64,000 nt of DNA from Myxococcota bacterium (GCA_039028615.1 JBCCHT010000032.1:1-64000); one strand, 5' to 3'; counted from the stretch's first letter, positions 37,272 through 47,043 are shown. The notes: generated from the letters alone by a model not told the origin. Translations and numbers: made by a program.

Positions 37272-38105
37272 CTACGCTTTGTCGAGCCCGAGGTGCTCGA
37301 CGACCTCGGCCAGGTGCTGCGCGTCGCCATCGACGAGCTTCTCCAGCAGCTTGCGGAAGCGGTCGACCCCGGGGCGCGTGGCTGAGTCGTCCGGTCGATA
37401 CAGCGGCAGCGGCTCGTCGACGCCCTTGAGCGTGTAGCGATCGAGAAAGGTCAGGCACAGCTCCCGATTCATCTCGTTCATGCGCTTTTGGATCGCGATG
37501 CGGCGCTCGTCGTCCCGCTCGGCTCGCTCCTTGGCCCGCAGGTCGTTGAAGTTCTCCCCGTAGAACGCGGAGGCGCACATCTCGACGTTGGTGTCGCCGA
37601 TGATCACGCTGGCGTTGGAGATGATCTTGGTGAGGGCCTCGACGCGGGCGGAGACGTTGACGCAGTGCCCGATGAAGGTGTTGACCCCGGCCGCGCCCGC
37701 GCCCGCGCGGACCCGGGAGACCTCGCCCGACTCGACGCCCACGCCGAAGGACACGAAGGGGAGCAGGCCGGTGGAGTCCTCGCGCAGGTCACAGCAGCGC
37801 CGTAGCCCCGCCTCGAGCAGGTAGGCCGACAAGAGCCCGTTGGCGTAGTGCCGGGGGCCGAGGAACACGACGAGCAGCCCGTCGCCCGTGCCGTTGACCG
37901 ACAGCGTGGGCTCCTCGCGCTCGCTCGGCGCCAGCGCGACCATGCAGGCCTCGAGGGTGGCGGCATAAAACAGCGCCAGGAAGTGACAGAACTGGTTGGT
38001 TCCGTCCGGGTCGAGCGCGGCCGCGTTGAGGTTGGGCGTGAAGTTGCGCAGGTCCACGAGGACGCTGGTCGCGGGGACCGGGGGATCGACTCGGGGACGA
38101 CTCAT
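37272..38105 (-). CDS. Stand-alone class III nucleotidyl cyclase
   Basis: VDLRNFT, GDG, GVGVESGEV, IGHCVNVSARVE and LKGV. Confidence 0.85.
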   Translation of the reverse strand: MSRPRVDPPVPATSVLVDLRNFTPNLNAAALDPDGTNQFCHFLALFYAATLEACMVALAPSEREEPTLSVNGTGDGLLVVFLGPRHYANGLLSAYLLEAGLRRCCDLREDSTGLLPFVSFGVGVESGEVSRVRAGAGAAGVNTFIGHCVNVSARVEALTKIISNASVIIGDTNVEMCASAFYGENFNDLRAKERAERDDERRIAIQKRMNEMNRELCLTFLDRYTLKGVDEPLPLYRPDDSATRPGVDRFRKLLEKLVDGDAQHLAEVVEHLGLDKA

Positions 38106-38150
38106 GGGCGCCCCCAGGTTCGCCCGAAATCGGACTCGACGTCGAGCCTG

Positions 38151-39257
38151 TCAGGACACGACCACCACCATGGCCGCCAGCCCCACCGCGACACGCGCAA
38201 ACTCGAGGGGCACCGCCCAGCGTCGTCGTTCGAGCAGTCCCCCGCCAGCGACCACGGAGACCACGAGCCAGGCGACCATGGCCACGCGAAAACCGAGGCT
38301 CCAGTCGTCGCCCACCAACAGCGTCCAGCCGAGCACGGGCGGAATCAGCAGCCCCGAAAGGCCCACGTACCAGCGCAACGACCTCGTGCCCAGGGCCTCG
38401 GGGTGGGTCTCGGGCGAGGAGCTGCGATGGCCGGGCACGAGCCGCGCGAGGTGGGCGGGACCCGCCAGCCACAGGCGCAGGCGGTTTGCACCGTGGGCTC
38501 GTTGCGTGGCCGCGACCAGCTCGCGGAAGATCGCGAAGTTGCCCCACACCGAGTTGAGCGTGTGCAGCGGCTTGGTGAGGCCATAGCTGGGCTCTTCGTG
38601 TTCCTCTTGGAAGGTCCCGAACAGCCGGTCCCACACCACCAGGATGCAGGCGTAGTTGCGGTCGAGATACTTCTCGTTGCGGCCGTGGTGCACCCGGTGA
38701 TGCGACGGCGTGTTGAACACCCACTCGATTGGGCCCAGCTTGGGCACGTAGCGGGTGTGCATCAGGAACTGATACAGGAAGTCGAAGACCACGATGCCGA
38801 TGAACATCTCGATCGGCATGATGAGCGCCAAGGGGATGCGCCAGGGCCAGGAGGTCAGCTTCTGGAACGCGGCCTGGCGCAGCGCGGCGGCGAGGTTGTA
38901 GTCCTCGGCCGCGTGGTGGACCCCGTGGATGGCCCACAGAAAGTGAATCTCGTGGTGGTGACGGTGCAGCCAGTAGCTGGACAGGTCGAACGCGATGATG
39001 CCGATGACCCAGGCCCACCACGCATCGGTGGGCAGCAGGTCCCAGGTGACCAGCTGGGCGACGGCGAGGAAGGGGAGCGCCATCAGGCCCTTGGTGAGAA
39101 AATCGAAGGCCTGGTAGACGACGCCGTGGCCGATGTTCACGACCATCTCGCCCACGCGATAGCCACCGTCCTGCCGTAGTCGGCTCACCGCCAGTTCCGC
39201 GGTGATGAGCGCCACGAAGAAGAGGTAGGCGATCGCGAGCATCTGCAGTTCGGTCAT
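38151..39257 (-). CDS. Sterol desaturase/fatty-acid hydroxylase family (alkylglycerol monooxygenase-like)
   Basis: His boxes YWLHRHHH, HGVHH and PSHHRVHHG; NYACILVVWDRLFGTF. Confidence 0.93.
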   Translation of the reverse strand: MTELQMLAIAYLFFVALITAELAVSRLRQDGGYRVGEMVVNIGHGVVYQAFDFLTKGLMALPFLAVAQLVTWDLLPTDAWWAWVIGIIAFDLSSYWLHRHHHEIHFLWAIHGVHHAAEDYNLAAALRQAAFQKLTSWPWRIPLALIMPIEMFIGIVVFDFLYQFLMHTRYVPKLGPIEWVFNTPSHHRVHHGRNEKYLDRNYACILVVWDRLFGTFQEEHEEPSYGLTKPLHTLNSVWGNFAIFRELVAATQRAHGANRLRLWLAGPAHLARLVPGHRSSSPETHPEALGTRSLRWYVGLSGLLIPPVLGWTLLVGDDWSLGFRVAMVAWLVVSVVAGGGLLERRRWAVPLEFARVAVGLAAMVVVVS

Positions 39258-39859
39258 GAGGAGCCTCCGAGGGCGGGCAAGATGCGGCCCAGTTGCTCGA
39301 CCAGCGCGATGACGGGGTCCGACTGGCCGGGGCGTTCGTAGCTGGCACCGACCGCCAGCCCGTTGAAGATGGAAAACACCAGGCTGGGCAGGACCTCCGC
39401 GAGTGCGGGGGGCACATGGCGGAGATCGACCAGCGCCATGAAGGCGGAGCGGACCTCGTTGTCGAAGCGGGTCATCAGCGCCCGCATGGGTTCACGAAGC
39501 TGGGGGTCGGTACGGGCCGCGACCGCCAGCTCCAGCCACGCCACATAGACGGGGCCCTGCCACTCTGCCCACAGCTGCTGCACGAGCGCGGTCGGCTGCA
39601 GCGGGGACTGGCCCTGCCGCGACGCGACGAAGCGGGCGACTCGCTCGGCGAGGATCGAGTCGAGGGCGGCGAGCAGCAGCGCGTTGCGGTTGGGGAAGTG
39701 GTGCAACATCGTGCCGCGAGAAACCCCCGCGCGTCGGCACACCTCCTGGGTACTGGTGCCCGCATAACCGCACTCGGCCAGCGACTCGATCGTCGCGTCC
39801 ATCAGCTTGGCCCTCGTCTGTTCCGAGCGCGATTGCTTGGGTGTGCTGTCTGCGGACAT
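39254..39859 (-). CDS. TetR-family regulator
   Basis: GYAGTSTQEVCRRAGVSRGTMLHHFP HTH; ATGA overlap with the desaturase. Confidence 0.95.
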   Translation of the reverse strand: MSADSTPKQSRSEQTRAKLMDATIESLAECGYAGTSTQEVCRRAGVSRGTMLHHFPNRNALLLAALDSILAERVARFVASRQGQSPLQPTALVQQLWAEWQGPVYVAWLELAVAARTDPQLREPMRALMTRFDNEVRSAFMALVDLRHVPPALAEVLPSLVFSIFNGLAVGASYERPGQSDPVIALVEQLGRILPALGGSS

Positions 39860-39873
39860 GGCCAGCCGACTCT

Positions 39874-39930
39874 ACAGTCAGAGCTGACTGTTTAGCGCTG
39901 TGATCTAAAACCGTCAAGTGTGACTGTTTT
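39874..39930. promoter_or_regulatory. Two related inverted repeats; probable TetR operators
   Basis: Perfect ACAGTCAG-AG-CTGACTGT at 39,874-39,891 and AAAACCGTCA-AGTG-TGACTGTTTT at 39,907-39,930, immediately upstream of tetR. Confidence 0.82.
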
Positions 39931-40358
39931 TAAAAACCAGCTCTTCTCGGTCCGAATAACGTTGTTATCCGAACACCTACGCGGCCAATCGATGTTCTCC
40001 ATCGTTTTGTGCGGGGTGGGCCGAGGGCGATCGAAACTGAGGTTCGACGAACTCGAGGCCTTCCGGCGACGACCCATTGCCGATGGCATCGCCGTCGATG
40101 ACGGGCGGGTCCGGGCTCCGTGATCGATGTGGCGTCTGGTGGATCCGCGTGTCATTGAACCCGAGTCGACGCTCAATGGGTCGACATGAGACGAGGCCTG
40201 AATTGCGCAGCCCCCATCGCGCGTAGCCCTGGCTCGAATCTCGTGTGGTTAGTTCCCTGAGTCGTCGTCCCGACACTCGATCGCGACGCAATCCGATCGT
40301 CGCTCGTGCGTCTCCTTCACCATGTGCAAGCGGGTGCGAACGCTTGCCTCCAAGTCCC

Positions 40359-42371
40359 ATGAAGCTCTCTCGTCCCGCCCCCCTCGTTGCACTGTCTGCG
40401 TTGTCCGTTCTGGCTCCCGGTTGCGTGGACGTGACCGACATCGAGCCCGAGTTCATCGACGAGCCCGCCCACGAGCGTGACACCCAGACCGTGACCGAGG
40501 CCGACTACGCGGGTGCATGCCCGGATACGCGGTTCATCGCTCGCTCGATCAGCCCCAGCCACTGTCCCGAGATCGACGGATGGATCGCGAGGTCGCTGTT
40601 CGAGGAAGGCTCGCCGTGGCTGATGGCAGCGCCCTCGGCCGCGGTCTCCGACTCGGATGGACATCTGTGCCGCTACTCGTGGGACGAGGTGGTCGAGCTG
40701 GGGGAGGCGCATGACAACCTCGAGCTGGCCGCGACCGGCTTGGCCGCCACGGTCGATGACCCGGAGCCACCCGTCCCGCCCGTGTTGCACGACTACAGCT
40801 CCGACTGTGAGGTCGTACGGGGTCAGCGAGGCTCGGCCATCTCGGACGTCGTCGGTCCGGGGGTGCGTCAGGTCTTCCGCGATCAAATCGGCTGGGTCCC
40901 CGGGGTGGCGTTGCCGCCCGGGTCCTCACCCGTCGCCGTCGCCGTGGTCGACACGATGCCGACCAGCGAGCCCGACGACCCGCGTTCGGAGCACGGCGAG
41001 CTCATGGCCCGCATCATCGAAGACGTGGCGTGCTCGGGTGGATTTCCCTGCGACGTGTCCGTCAGTCGCATCCTGGGCTTGCCTCGCTACATCGCGGGCG
41101 AAGACCGAGATCGGGGCGGCTACGTGGGGAGCCACGGCGATCTGGCGGTGGGCATCGTGGAGTCGGTCGAGCGCTGGCGCCTCGGTCACCCCATCCCCGC
41201 CCTTCGTCCTCCGCTCATCATCAACCTGAGCGTGGGCTGGGAAGCTACGCTCTTCGGATCCGGCGAGACCGTCTCGACGGAAGCCGTCGAGATTGCCATG
41301 GAGTATGCCTCGTGCCACGGCGCCCTGCTGGTGGCGTCGGCCGGCAACTCCAACTCGGCGTGCCAAGCGGGCGCCATGGCTCCTGCGATGTGGGAGAACC
41401 GAGCGGCCCCGGACTCGGCTCGCTGTCAGGAGCTCGGGTTCCCGCCCAATAGCTGGAACTCCGGCTATCGCCCCTTGGTGCACGCGGTGGGCGGCTTGAC
41501 CTTCCAGGGCGAGGACATGCCGGGCACCCGCCCCGAGAGCATGCCGCGGATGGCCGCCCACTCGACCCATGCCTACGCGGGCAGTGCGGTGCTGAGTAGC
41601 TCGCTCACCGGGACCTCGGTCGGAGCGGCCGCGGTCACTGGAGCGGCTGCCTTGGTGTGGTCCTACGATCCTTCGCTGCAAGCCCACGAGGTCATGGAAC
41701 TCGTCTATGCGGGGAGCGCCGACTTGGGGCGCAATGCCGACCTGCACATCGCGGGCAACGGTGCAGACACCGTTCATCGGCTGGACGTCTGCGAGGTCCT
41801 GCAAAACCAGTGCTCGCAGGATGCCCTCTGCAGCGCGGCGGGGGTGAACCTCGGCTGCACGCCGCCGGCTCACCACGACATGGATGCGGTTGCGGATGCG
41901 GTCGCGAACATTCCCGTCGCCGATTCGTATGCGCCGGCCTTCGGTGCCGCCCTGGCGTGTGCACCCATCTGTGGCGTGCCCAGCGAGGCCTATAGCGAGA
42001 CGTCGACCGTCTGCAACGAGATCGAGCCCGATCCGGTGGTGTTGTTCGTCAACCCGCAGCCCAACCTGCCCACGTGCTCCAACTGCACGCTGACCGACGA
42101 TGATGCCGACGATGACGCCGAGGCGTGGCAGGTGCACGCCTCGCTCGACTCGTTCTACGACGGCGCGCCCATCGAGCGGGTCGTGGTGACGGTGACCAGC
42201 GACATCATGGAGCGCTTCGATTTCGGTGCCGTGCCGCTCAGCTCCGACCGCGTGACGGTGCTCGAGCTCGGTTCTTGGGTGGCGCCGCCCCATATCCGGG
42301 CGGCCGAGATCGACATGTACTTCACGGGAAAGGACGCGCCCGTCACGAACGACATCATCGTCAAGCAGTAG
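40359..42371 (+). CDS. S8 subtilisin-like serine protease lipoprotein
   Basis: Lipobox LAPGC; catalytic triad motifs VAVVDT, EHGELMA and GTSVGAAAVTGAAAL; INLSVG and VASAGN. Confidence 0.9.
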   Translation: MKLSRPAPLVALSALSVLAPGCVDVTDIEPEFIDEPAHERDTQTVTEADYAGACPDTRFIARSISPSHCPEIDGWIARSLFEEGSPWLMAAPSAAVSDSDGHLCRYSWDEVVELGEAHDNLELAATGLAATVDDPEPPVPPVLHDYSSDCEVVRGQRGSAISDVVGPGVRQVFRDQIGWVPGVALPPGSSPVAVAVVDTMPTSEPDDPRSEHGELMARIIEDVACSGGFPCDVSVSRILGLPRYIAGEDRDRGGYVGSHGDLAVGIVESVERWRLGHPIPALRPPLIINLSVGWEATLFGSGETVSTEAVEIAMEYASCHGALLVASAGNSNSACQAGAMAPAMWENRAAPDSARCQELGFPPNSWNSGYRPLVHAVGGLTFQGEDMPGTRPESMPRMAAHSTHAYAGSAVLSSSLTGTSVGAAAVTGAAALVWSYDPSLQAHEVMELVYAGSADLGRNADLHIAGNGADTVHRLDVCEVLQNQCSQDALCSAAGVNLGCTPPAHHDMDAVADAVANIPVADSYAPAFGAALACAPICGVPSEAYSETSTVCNEIEPDPVVLFVNPQPNLPTCSNCTLTDDDADDDAEAWQVHASLDSFYDGAPIERVVVTVTSDIMERFDFGAVPLSSDRVTVLELGSWVAPPHIRAAEIDMYFTGKDAPVTNDIIVKQ

Positions 42372-42374
42372 CGC

Positions 42375-45134
42375 TCAGGGAACGAGCACGTGCAGCGTCG
42401 CCCAGCTCGAGCTCGGAGCATCGACTCTGAGCTCGAGCTGTACCGCACGGAGGGCGGCCGCGAGATCGGCCTTCGGCTGTTGGGCGAGCTGCTCGGCGAT
42501 GCCCTCACCCACGCGCAGCGCGAGCTGATCGTCGAGGGTCCCGCTGGCGGCCAGCACCTCCTGGGCTCCGGCCAGTACGAAGGCTCGACCGAGGTTGACG
42601 CCGCCCGCCCACGCTCCCGCGCTATGGGACCCGGTATCGCAGCCCGCCAGGATCACCGCGGGGGGCACTCGGGACACGGCGAGTAGATCGATGACGCCCA
42701 GCTCACCGCCGTGTAGCAACAGGGCTGCATCCCACCCACCGGCTCCTCGATGTGCCCCGTGACCGGCGTAGTGCAGCAAGGCCGCGCTCTTCAGGCTCTC
42801 GAGGACGTTGGCTCGGGTCGCGCCCTCTCCATCGTGGCGGCCCACCTGCCAGCCCGCGCTCACCAGGGTCTGTTCGACGGCCCGGGCCTCGTTGCGGGCG
42901 GCGGGGAGGTTCTGCGAGGGGTCGGCCACGACGATGGCCCGGCGGGAGTCCACCGCGGCGGCGGGACGAGGCGGAAGGTCGAGGGCATGCACCAGCGGCG
43001 CAACGTCGAGCAAGGTCCGGTCGCCCACCCGAACCTTGGCCAAGGTCGGGTCTCGGTCGCGGCCGTCCGCCATGATGCGAATGCGCGTGGCGCCGTGCAG
43101 CGCCTCGGAGAAGGTCTCGAGAGTCTCGGGGGTCCAGCGGGTAGGCCCGGGGCTCGAGGGCAGCTGAGCCACCTCGACTCGACCGGCATCGTCGCCCACG
43201 AACGCCAAGCTCTGGTTTTGGTGCGAGAGGATGAGCAGCACTCGCTCGCCGCTCGGCACGGGAGGCAGTTGCTCGCAGCTCGGGGGCGGAGGCTCGAGCA
43301 GCAGGGTTCGCGTGGCCTCTTCGAAGGCCGCCGTCGCCTCGAGGTGTCGTTCGGATCGCCGGGCGCGACGGTTGATCTGCTGGGTCTCCGAGAGCGTCCA
43401 GTCCTCGCGAGCCTGGGCCTGGAGTTCGGCCCGGGTCTCGAGCAGGCCGAACGAGACCTGCTCCCATCGTGTTCGCTCCGCTGCGGGCAGACCCGCGATG
43501 CGGGCGGCGCGGTCCATTCTTCGCAGCGCCCGACGCCGGGCCATGCGTGCGCGGCACAAGGCCTCGGTCCGCTGCCCGCGGGCGACGAGGCGCTGCACCA
43601 GGCCCCACGCACTGGCCGACCGATCCCACAGGAAGTTCTCCGCGCCCACGCCCGTGCCCCCGGACGCCGAGGCCTCGTCGAGCAGGCCTTCGGCTGCTGC
43701 GTAGGCTTCGATGGCGGCTTCGTCGAGGCCGAGCCGGGTCAGCAGCGCGCCCCGGCGCACGGCCACGCTCCAGTCGAGGCCGAGCTCACCCGAGGGCGGG
43801 GTGCGAGCGAGCAGGGGAGGGGCCTGCTCCCAGCGCCCGGTGGCCAGCGCGACTTGGGCTCCGATCTCCGCGACCCAGGGCTCGAGCCACTGCGGCACGC
43901 CGTCGGCCCGCAGTTGCTGGTAGCGATCGTGAGCGTGCTCGAAGTCGCCTTCGACCAGCGCGGCGATGGCCAGGTTCACGCGCTGGTTCACCGCTTGCGT
44001 CGGATCGGGGCACTCGTGCTCGGACGCCTGCAGCGAGCGTTCGAAGGTCTCCCAGGGCACGTCCGCGGTGTGCCCCATCTGCACCATGCGCAGCTGGGCC
44101 CATCCCAGGTTGCCGAGCAAGCCACGTCGCATATGGCAGCGCAGGCGGGTGGAGTCGGCCAGGCGCATGCCTCGTTGCACGACGGCCATGGCCTCTTCGG
44201 TGCGTCCCAGCTCGCCGAGGAGCACCGCGTGTTGCTCGAGGGTCGTCGCCTGGTGGCTGAACATGCCCAGGCGGTCGGCTCGACGCTCCGCTTCGGCGAT
44301 CTGGGCCACCGCGGTGTGGAGGTCGCCCGTGGCGCTCAGCAGCAGCCCGCGATAGTACGGCGCCCAGGAGCGCGCCTCGGAGACCGTCTCGGTCAGCTGC
44401 TCGAGCCGCTCGATCCACTGCTGCGCCCGGTGCAGTGATTTGTCGAGGATGGCCCGGTAGGCGATCGCGGAGGCGATGTCGGCGAGGTCTCGATCGGCGC
44501 CCAAGGTTCGCGCGAGTGCGGCCGCCCGCTCGGCGGTCTTGGTGCCCTCGTCGACCGCCCCGGTGTTGTCGTGCAACCGCCTCAGGCGCTGGAGCACGGC
44601 CAGCCGAGCTTCGGGCTCGAGCGTCGGCAGGGCGTCGGTGAGCACCTGAATCTCTCGGTCGTATCCCTCCGCTTTGCCGAGCGCCTTCGCTTCACCCAAG
44701 ATCGGAGGCGCGCTGGTCCACTGCAGCGGGAGGGCGAAGGGCTCGGGCCACTGCGGGTCGATGCCCCCGAGCTGCACGACCGCGGTGTCGCTCGGGGGCC
44801 GAAGCACCACGTGTTGACCGCCGTCCACCGGCCGGGTCTGCAGTTCCAGGGGCTGCCCGTCCGCCGTGGCCTGCAAGGTCGCGGATGCGTCGGCATCGAT
44901 CCACAGGTTGAGGGTGGCGGTGCCCTTGCGACCCGCTCGCACGACACACTTCGGGCCCTGGCGCGAACGGCATCCGCGGACCTCGACCGTCGGTGTCTCG
45001 CCCAGGACGATCGTCGAGGGGCTCGCGGGCGCGGGAGGAGGCGGCGGCTCCTTCGAGCACGCGGCGACCACCAGGGCGACCAGCGGTGCCCCGAGCCGTC
45101 TGCGTTCAGCCGGATGGCGACGTGACCGTCGCAT
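42375..45134 (-). CDS. TPR-CHAT (caspase-like) protease with lipoprotein-like N-terminus
   Basis: LVVAAC lipobox, helical repeats, VVADPSQNLPAARNE, catalytic LHYAGHG and ILAGCDT, and AFVLAGA. Confidence 0.9.
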   Translation of the reverse strand: MRRSRRHPAERRRLGAPLVALVVAACSKEPPPPPAPASPSTIVLGETPTVEVRGCRSRQGPKCVVRAGRKGTATLNLWIDADASATLQATADGQPLELQTRPVDGGQHVVLRPPSDTAVVQLGGIDPQWPEPFALPLQWTSAPPILGEAKALGKAEGYDREIQVLTDALPTLEPEARLAVLQRLRRLHDNTGAVDEGTKTAERAAALARTLGADRDLADIASAIAYRAILDKSLHRAQQWIERLEQLTETVSEARSWAPYYRGLLLSATGDLHTAVAQIAEAERRADRLGMFSHQATTLEQHAVLLGELGRTEEAMAVVQRGMRLADSTRLRCHMRRGLLGNLGWAQLRMVQMGHTADVPWETFERSLQASEHECPDPTQAVNQRVNLAIAALVEGDFEHAHDRYQQLRADGVPQWLEPWVAEIGAQVALATGRWEQAPPLLARTPPSGELGLDWSVAVRRGALLTRLGLDEAAIEAYAAAEGLLDEASASGGTGVGAENFLWDRSASAWGLVQRLVARGQRTEALCRARMARRRALRRMDRAARIAGLPAAERTRWEQVSFGLLETRAELQAQAREDWTLSETQQINRRARRSERHLEATAAFEEATRTLLLEPPPPSCEQLPPVPSGERVLLILSHQNQSLAFVGDDAGRVEVAQLPSSPGPTRWTPETLETFSEALHGATRIRIMADGRDRDPTLAKVRVGDRTLLDVAPLVHALDLPPRPAAAVDSRRAIVVADPSQNLPAARNEARAVEQTLVSAGWQVGRHDGEGATRANVLESLKSAALLHYAGHGAHRGAGGWDAALLLHGGELGVIDLLAVSRVPPAVILAGCDTGSHSAGAWAGGVNLGRAFVLAGAQEVLAASGTLDDQLALRVGEGIAEQLAQQPKADLAAALRAVQLELRVDAPSSSWATLHVLVP

Positions 45135-45903
45135 GCACGCTGAGCGTACGCCACGCGGTGTCGTCGGGCGAACTCGGCAGCTGCTGCAACGACTCGGGGA
45201 GCGCGTCGGGGGGGCCGACCAACAGCTCGAGCGTCCATTCCCCGGGGGAGAGCGCAATGAAGCGATTGAGCGGCCCCTTCAGGTGGATACCGCCGTTGGC
45301 CGAGATCTCGACGCCCTGGGCCGGTCGTACCAGCTTCGCGGGCACGCCGTTGCGGCGCGCCACGACGACAACGGCGACCGTGTCCCGAAACGGCGTCTTC
45401 GGGGTCAGCACGAGATCGAGCGGGCCGTCGAACTGAAGCTCGATGCGCTGGCCGGGCTCGGGCTCGCCCGCGCGATCGGAGGCCTGGCCCGCGGCGAGGC
45501 GCGTGATGGAGTACGAGGGCAGCGACGCGACCAGGTCCCGTTCCGGGCTCGGCGAGCGCGGGCTGCCCCACCACAGCAGGAGCATGGCGGCGACGGCCAC
45601 CACGGCGACGACGACGGTGATCGCCGCTCCGCGACCACGGCTGGGCGACGGTGCGAGCGGGACCACGTTGTCCGACGTGTCGCTCGTAGCCTCGCCATCA
45701 TCGGTACCGGTATCGGCGTCGTTCGAAGCGTCGTCGTCCTCCGACGCATCGAGGCGCGCGAAGGCGCCATCCAGCACCGAGCCCCGCTCGTCACTCGACA
45801 AGAGGCGACTCAGCGCCTCGGGAGCATCGCCCCGGGACAGCTGGTCCTCTCGGTCTCGCAGGTCTTCGCCCAGCGCGTGCAAGATCTCGTCCTCCTCCGT
45901 CAT
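45106..45903 (-). CDS. Single-pass membrane protein, probable anti-sigma factor
   Basis: Acidic N-terminus, one TM helix (AITVVVAVVAVAAMLLLWW) and a beta-rich C-terminal domain; ATGA-coupled to the ECF sigma. Confidence 0.75.
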   Translation of the reverse strand: MTEEDEILHALGEDLRDREDQLSRGDAPEALSRLLSSDERGSVLDGAFARLDASEDDDASNDADTGTDDGEATSDTSDNVVPLAPSPSRGRGAAITVVVAVVAVAAMLLLWWGSPRSPSPERDLVASLPSYSITRLAAGQASDRAGEPEPGQRIELQFDGPLDLVLTPKTPFRDTVAVVVVARRNGVPAKLVRPAQGVEISANGGIHLKGPLNRFIALSPGEWTLELLVGPPDALPESLQQLPSSPDDTAWRTLSVHATVTSPSG

Positions 45904-46538
45904 CCCCCTACGGTCCCTCCTGCCTCGGCTCCCGTGGTCGAAGCGTTGGCGAGCCGTTGGCTCACGATGCGCGCCTGTTTGCGGGTGCGATAGCACCACG
46001 CGTTCACGGCCCCGCGCGACATCTCGAGTCGGCTGGCGACCTCCGTCGGCTCGAGTCCCTGCACGAACAGGAGATCGAATAGCTCCACGTCGCGTGGGCT
46101 CATTCGTGCGTGCAGAGCCTCGAAAATCTCACTGAGTCGGGCCCGGTCCTCGATTCGTTTGTCGAGGTCGCCATCGAGTTCCTCTTGGTACTCGAGCTCC
46201 CCTTCGCCCCATGGGTGCCCGCGGTGTCGATTGAGCACCCGGGCCACGCGACGCCGCGCCACCAGACGCACGAAGCTCTCCAGGCTTCGACCTCGCTGTG
46301 GGTCCCAGCGCCGGAGCTCTCGGGCGTCGTGTTCGAAGAGCGTGACCAGGACCTCCTGCACGAGGTCTTGCACGTCTTGTCGCGGGTCCCGGCCGCGGTC
46401 CTTGGCCGGCCGCAGCAGCGCGATGCCGACCTCCCGCGTGATCGCGTCGAGCAGTCGTTCGGCCAGGCGTCGTCGCGAGCTGGGTCGACCCGCCAGGGCG
46501 GCCTCGACCAGCTGGACGTCGTCGTGACGCGAACTCAT
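45900..46538 (-). CDS. ECF-type sigma-70 factor
   Basis: Region 2 DVQDLVQEVLVTLF...RRWDPQRGRSLESFV; region 4 EVASRLEMSRGAVNAWCYRTRK. Confidence 0.9.
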   Translation of the reverse strand: MSSRHDDVQLVEAALAGRPSSRRRLAERLLDAITREVGIALLRPAKDRGRDPRQDVQDLVQEVLVTLFEHDARELRRWDPQRGRSLESFVRLVARRRVARVLNRHRGHPWGEGELEYQEELDGDLDKRIEDRARLSEIFEALHARMSPRDVELFDLLFVQGLEPTEVASRLEMSRGAVNAWCYRTRKQARIVSQRLANASTTGAEAGGTVGG

Positions 46539-46824
46539 GACGCGGTGTTATCACAAGCCGCGGCTGCGCCCGGTCCGGTTCGATATCGACGCCGGCAAAT
46601 GCGGTTCGCGGCCCCCCGGCCCCGATACGCCCGGCGTGCGACCGCGGGGGCGGTCTCGGTCCGATGGGGCGGCCCCCGGGTGTCTGGTTCCTGCCGATTT
46701 GTTCCATCCCATGTGCCCGTTGTCGCTCGTCGCCCGGCCGATGACGGGCCGTATTTTTTTCGAGTGCAGGCGTCATCGATCGACGGGGCATGGCCAAGGG
46801 GTGGACAGAAAGGAACCCGTCATC

Positions 46825-47043
46825 ATGAAGCGTAAGAAGAACATCAAGCCGCAGCTCACTGCTACCCGAGGGCCCGCCACCGGCCTCGCCGAGATCGGCG
46901 AAGAAGAGTTGGCCGGCATCAGTGCCGGAAGTGGCTCCCACCATGTGCAGTGGTACGAGTGGTCGGTTTGGCGATTCAACGGCGGCCCGCAGGTTCCGGG
47001 ACAGGGTCCCGCTGCCCCCCACAACCCCAACACTCAGAGCTGA
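46825..47043 (+). CDS. Putative RiPP precursor peptide, 72 aa (hidden inside track ORF 46,537-47,043)
   Basis: RBS GAAAGGA at 46,808-46,814. Sequence MKRKKNIKPQLTATRGPATGLAEIGEEELAGISAG-SGSHHVQWYEWSVWRFNGGPQVPGQGPAAPHNPNTQS; EIGEEELAGISAG resembles the ELSxEELxxIxGG leader motif. Confidence 0.78.
   Translation: MKRKKNIKPQLTATRGPATGLAEIGEEELAGISAGSGSHHVQWYEWSVWRFNGGPQVPGQGPAAPHNPNTQS

Noticed and set aside
39931..40358. ncRNA or riboswitch in the long intergenic region
   Set aside because: No recognisable conserved structure by eye; an Rfam search would be needed.
42375..46538. Type III-E CRISPR (Craspase) TPR-CHAT plus sigma module
   Set aside because: No Cas7-11, Csx30/31 or array is present, and the CHAT protein has a lipoprotein-like leader.
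46825..47043. Darobactin, triceptide or lanthipeptide assignment for the precursor
   Set aside because: No radical SAM or lanthionine enzyme is nearby, the core has no Cys, and the Trp spacing is W-x-x-W rather than W-x-W.
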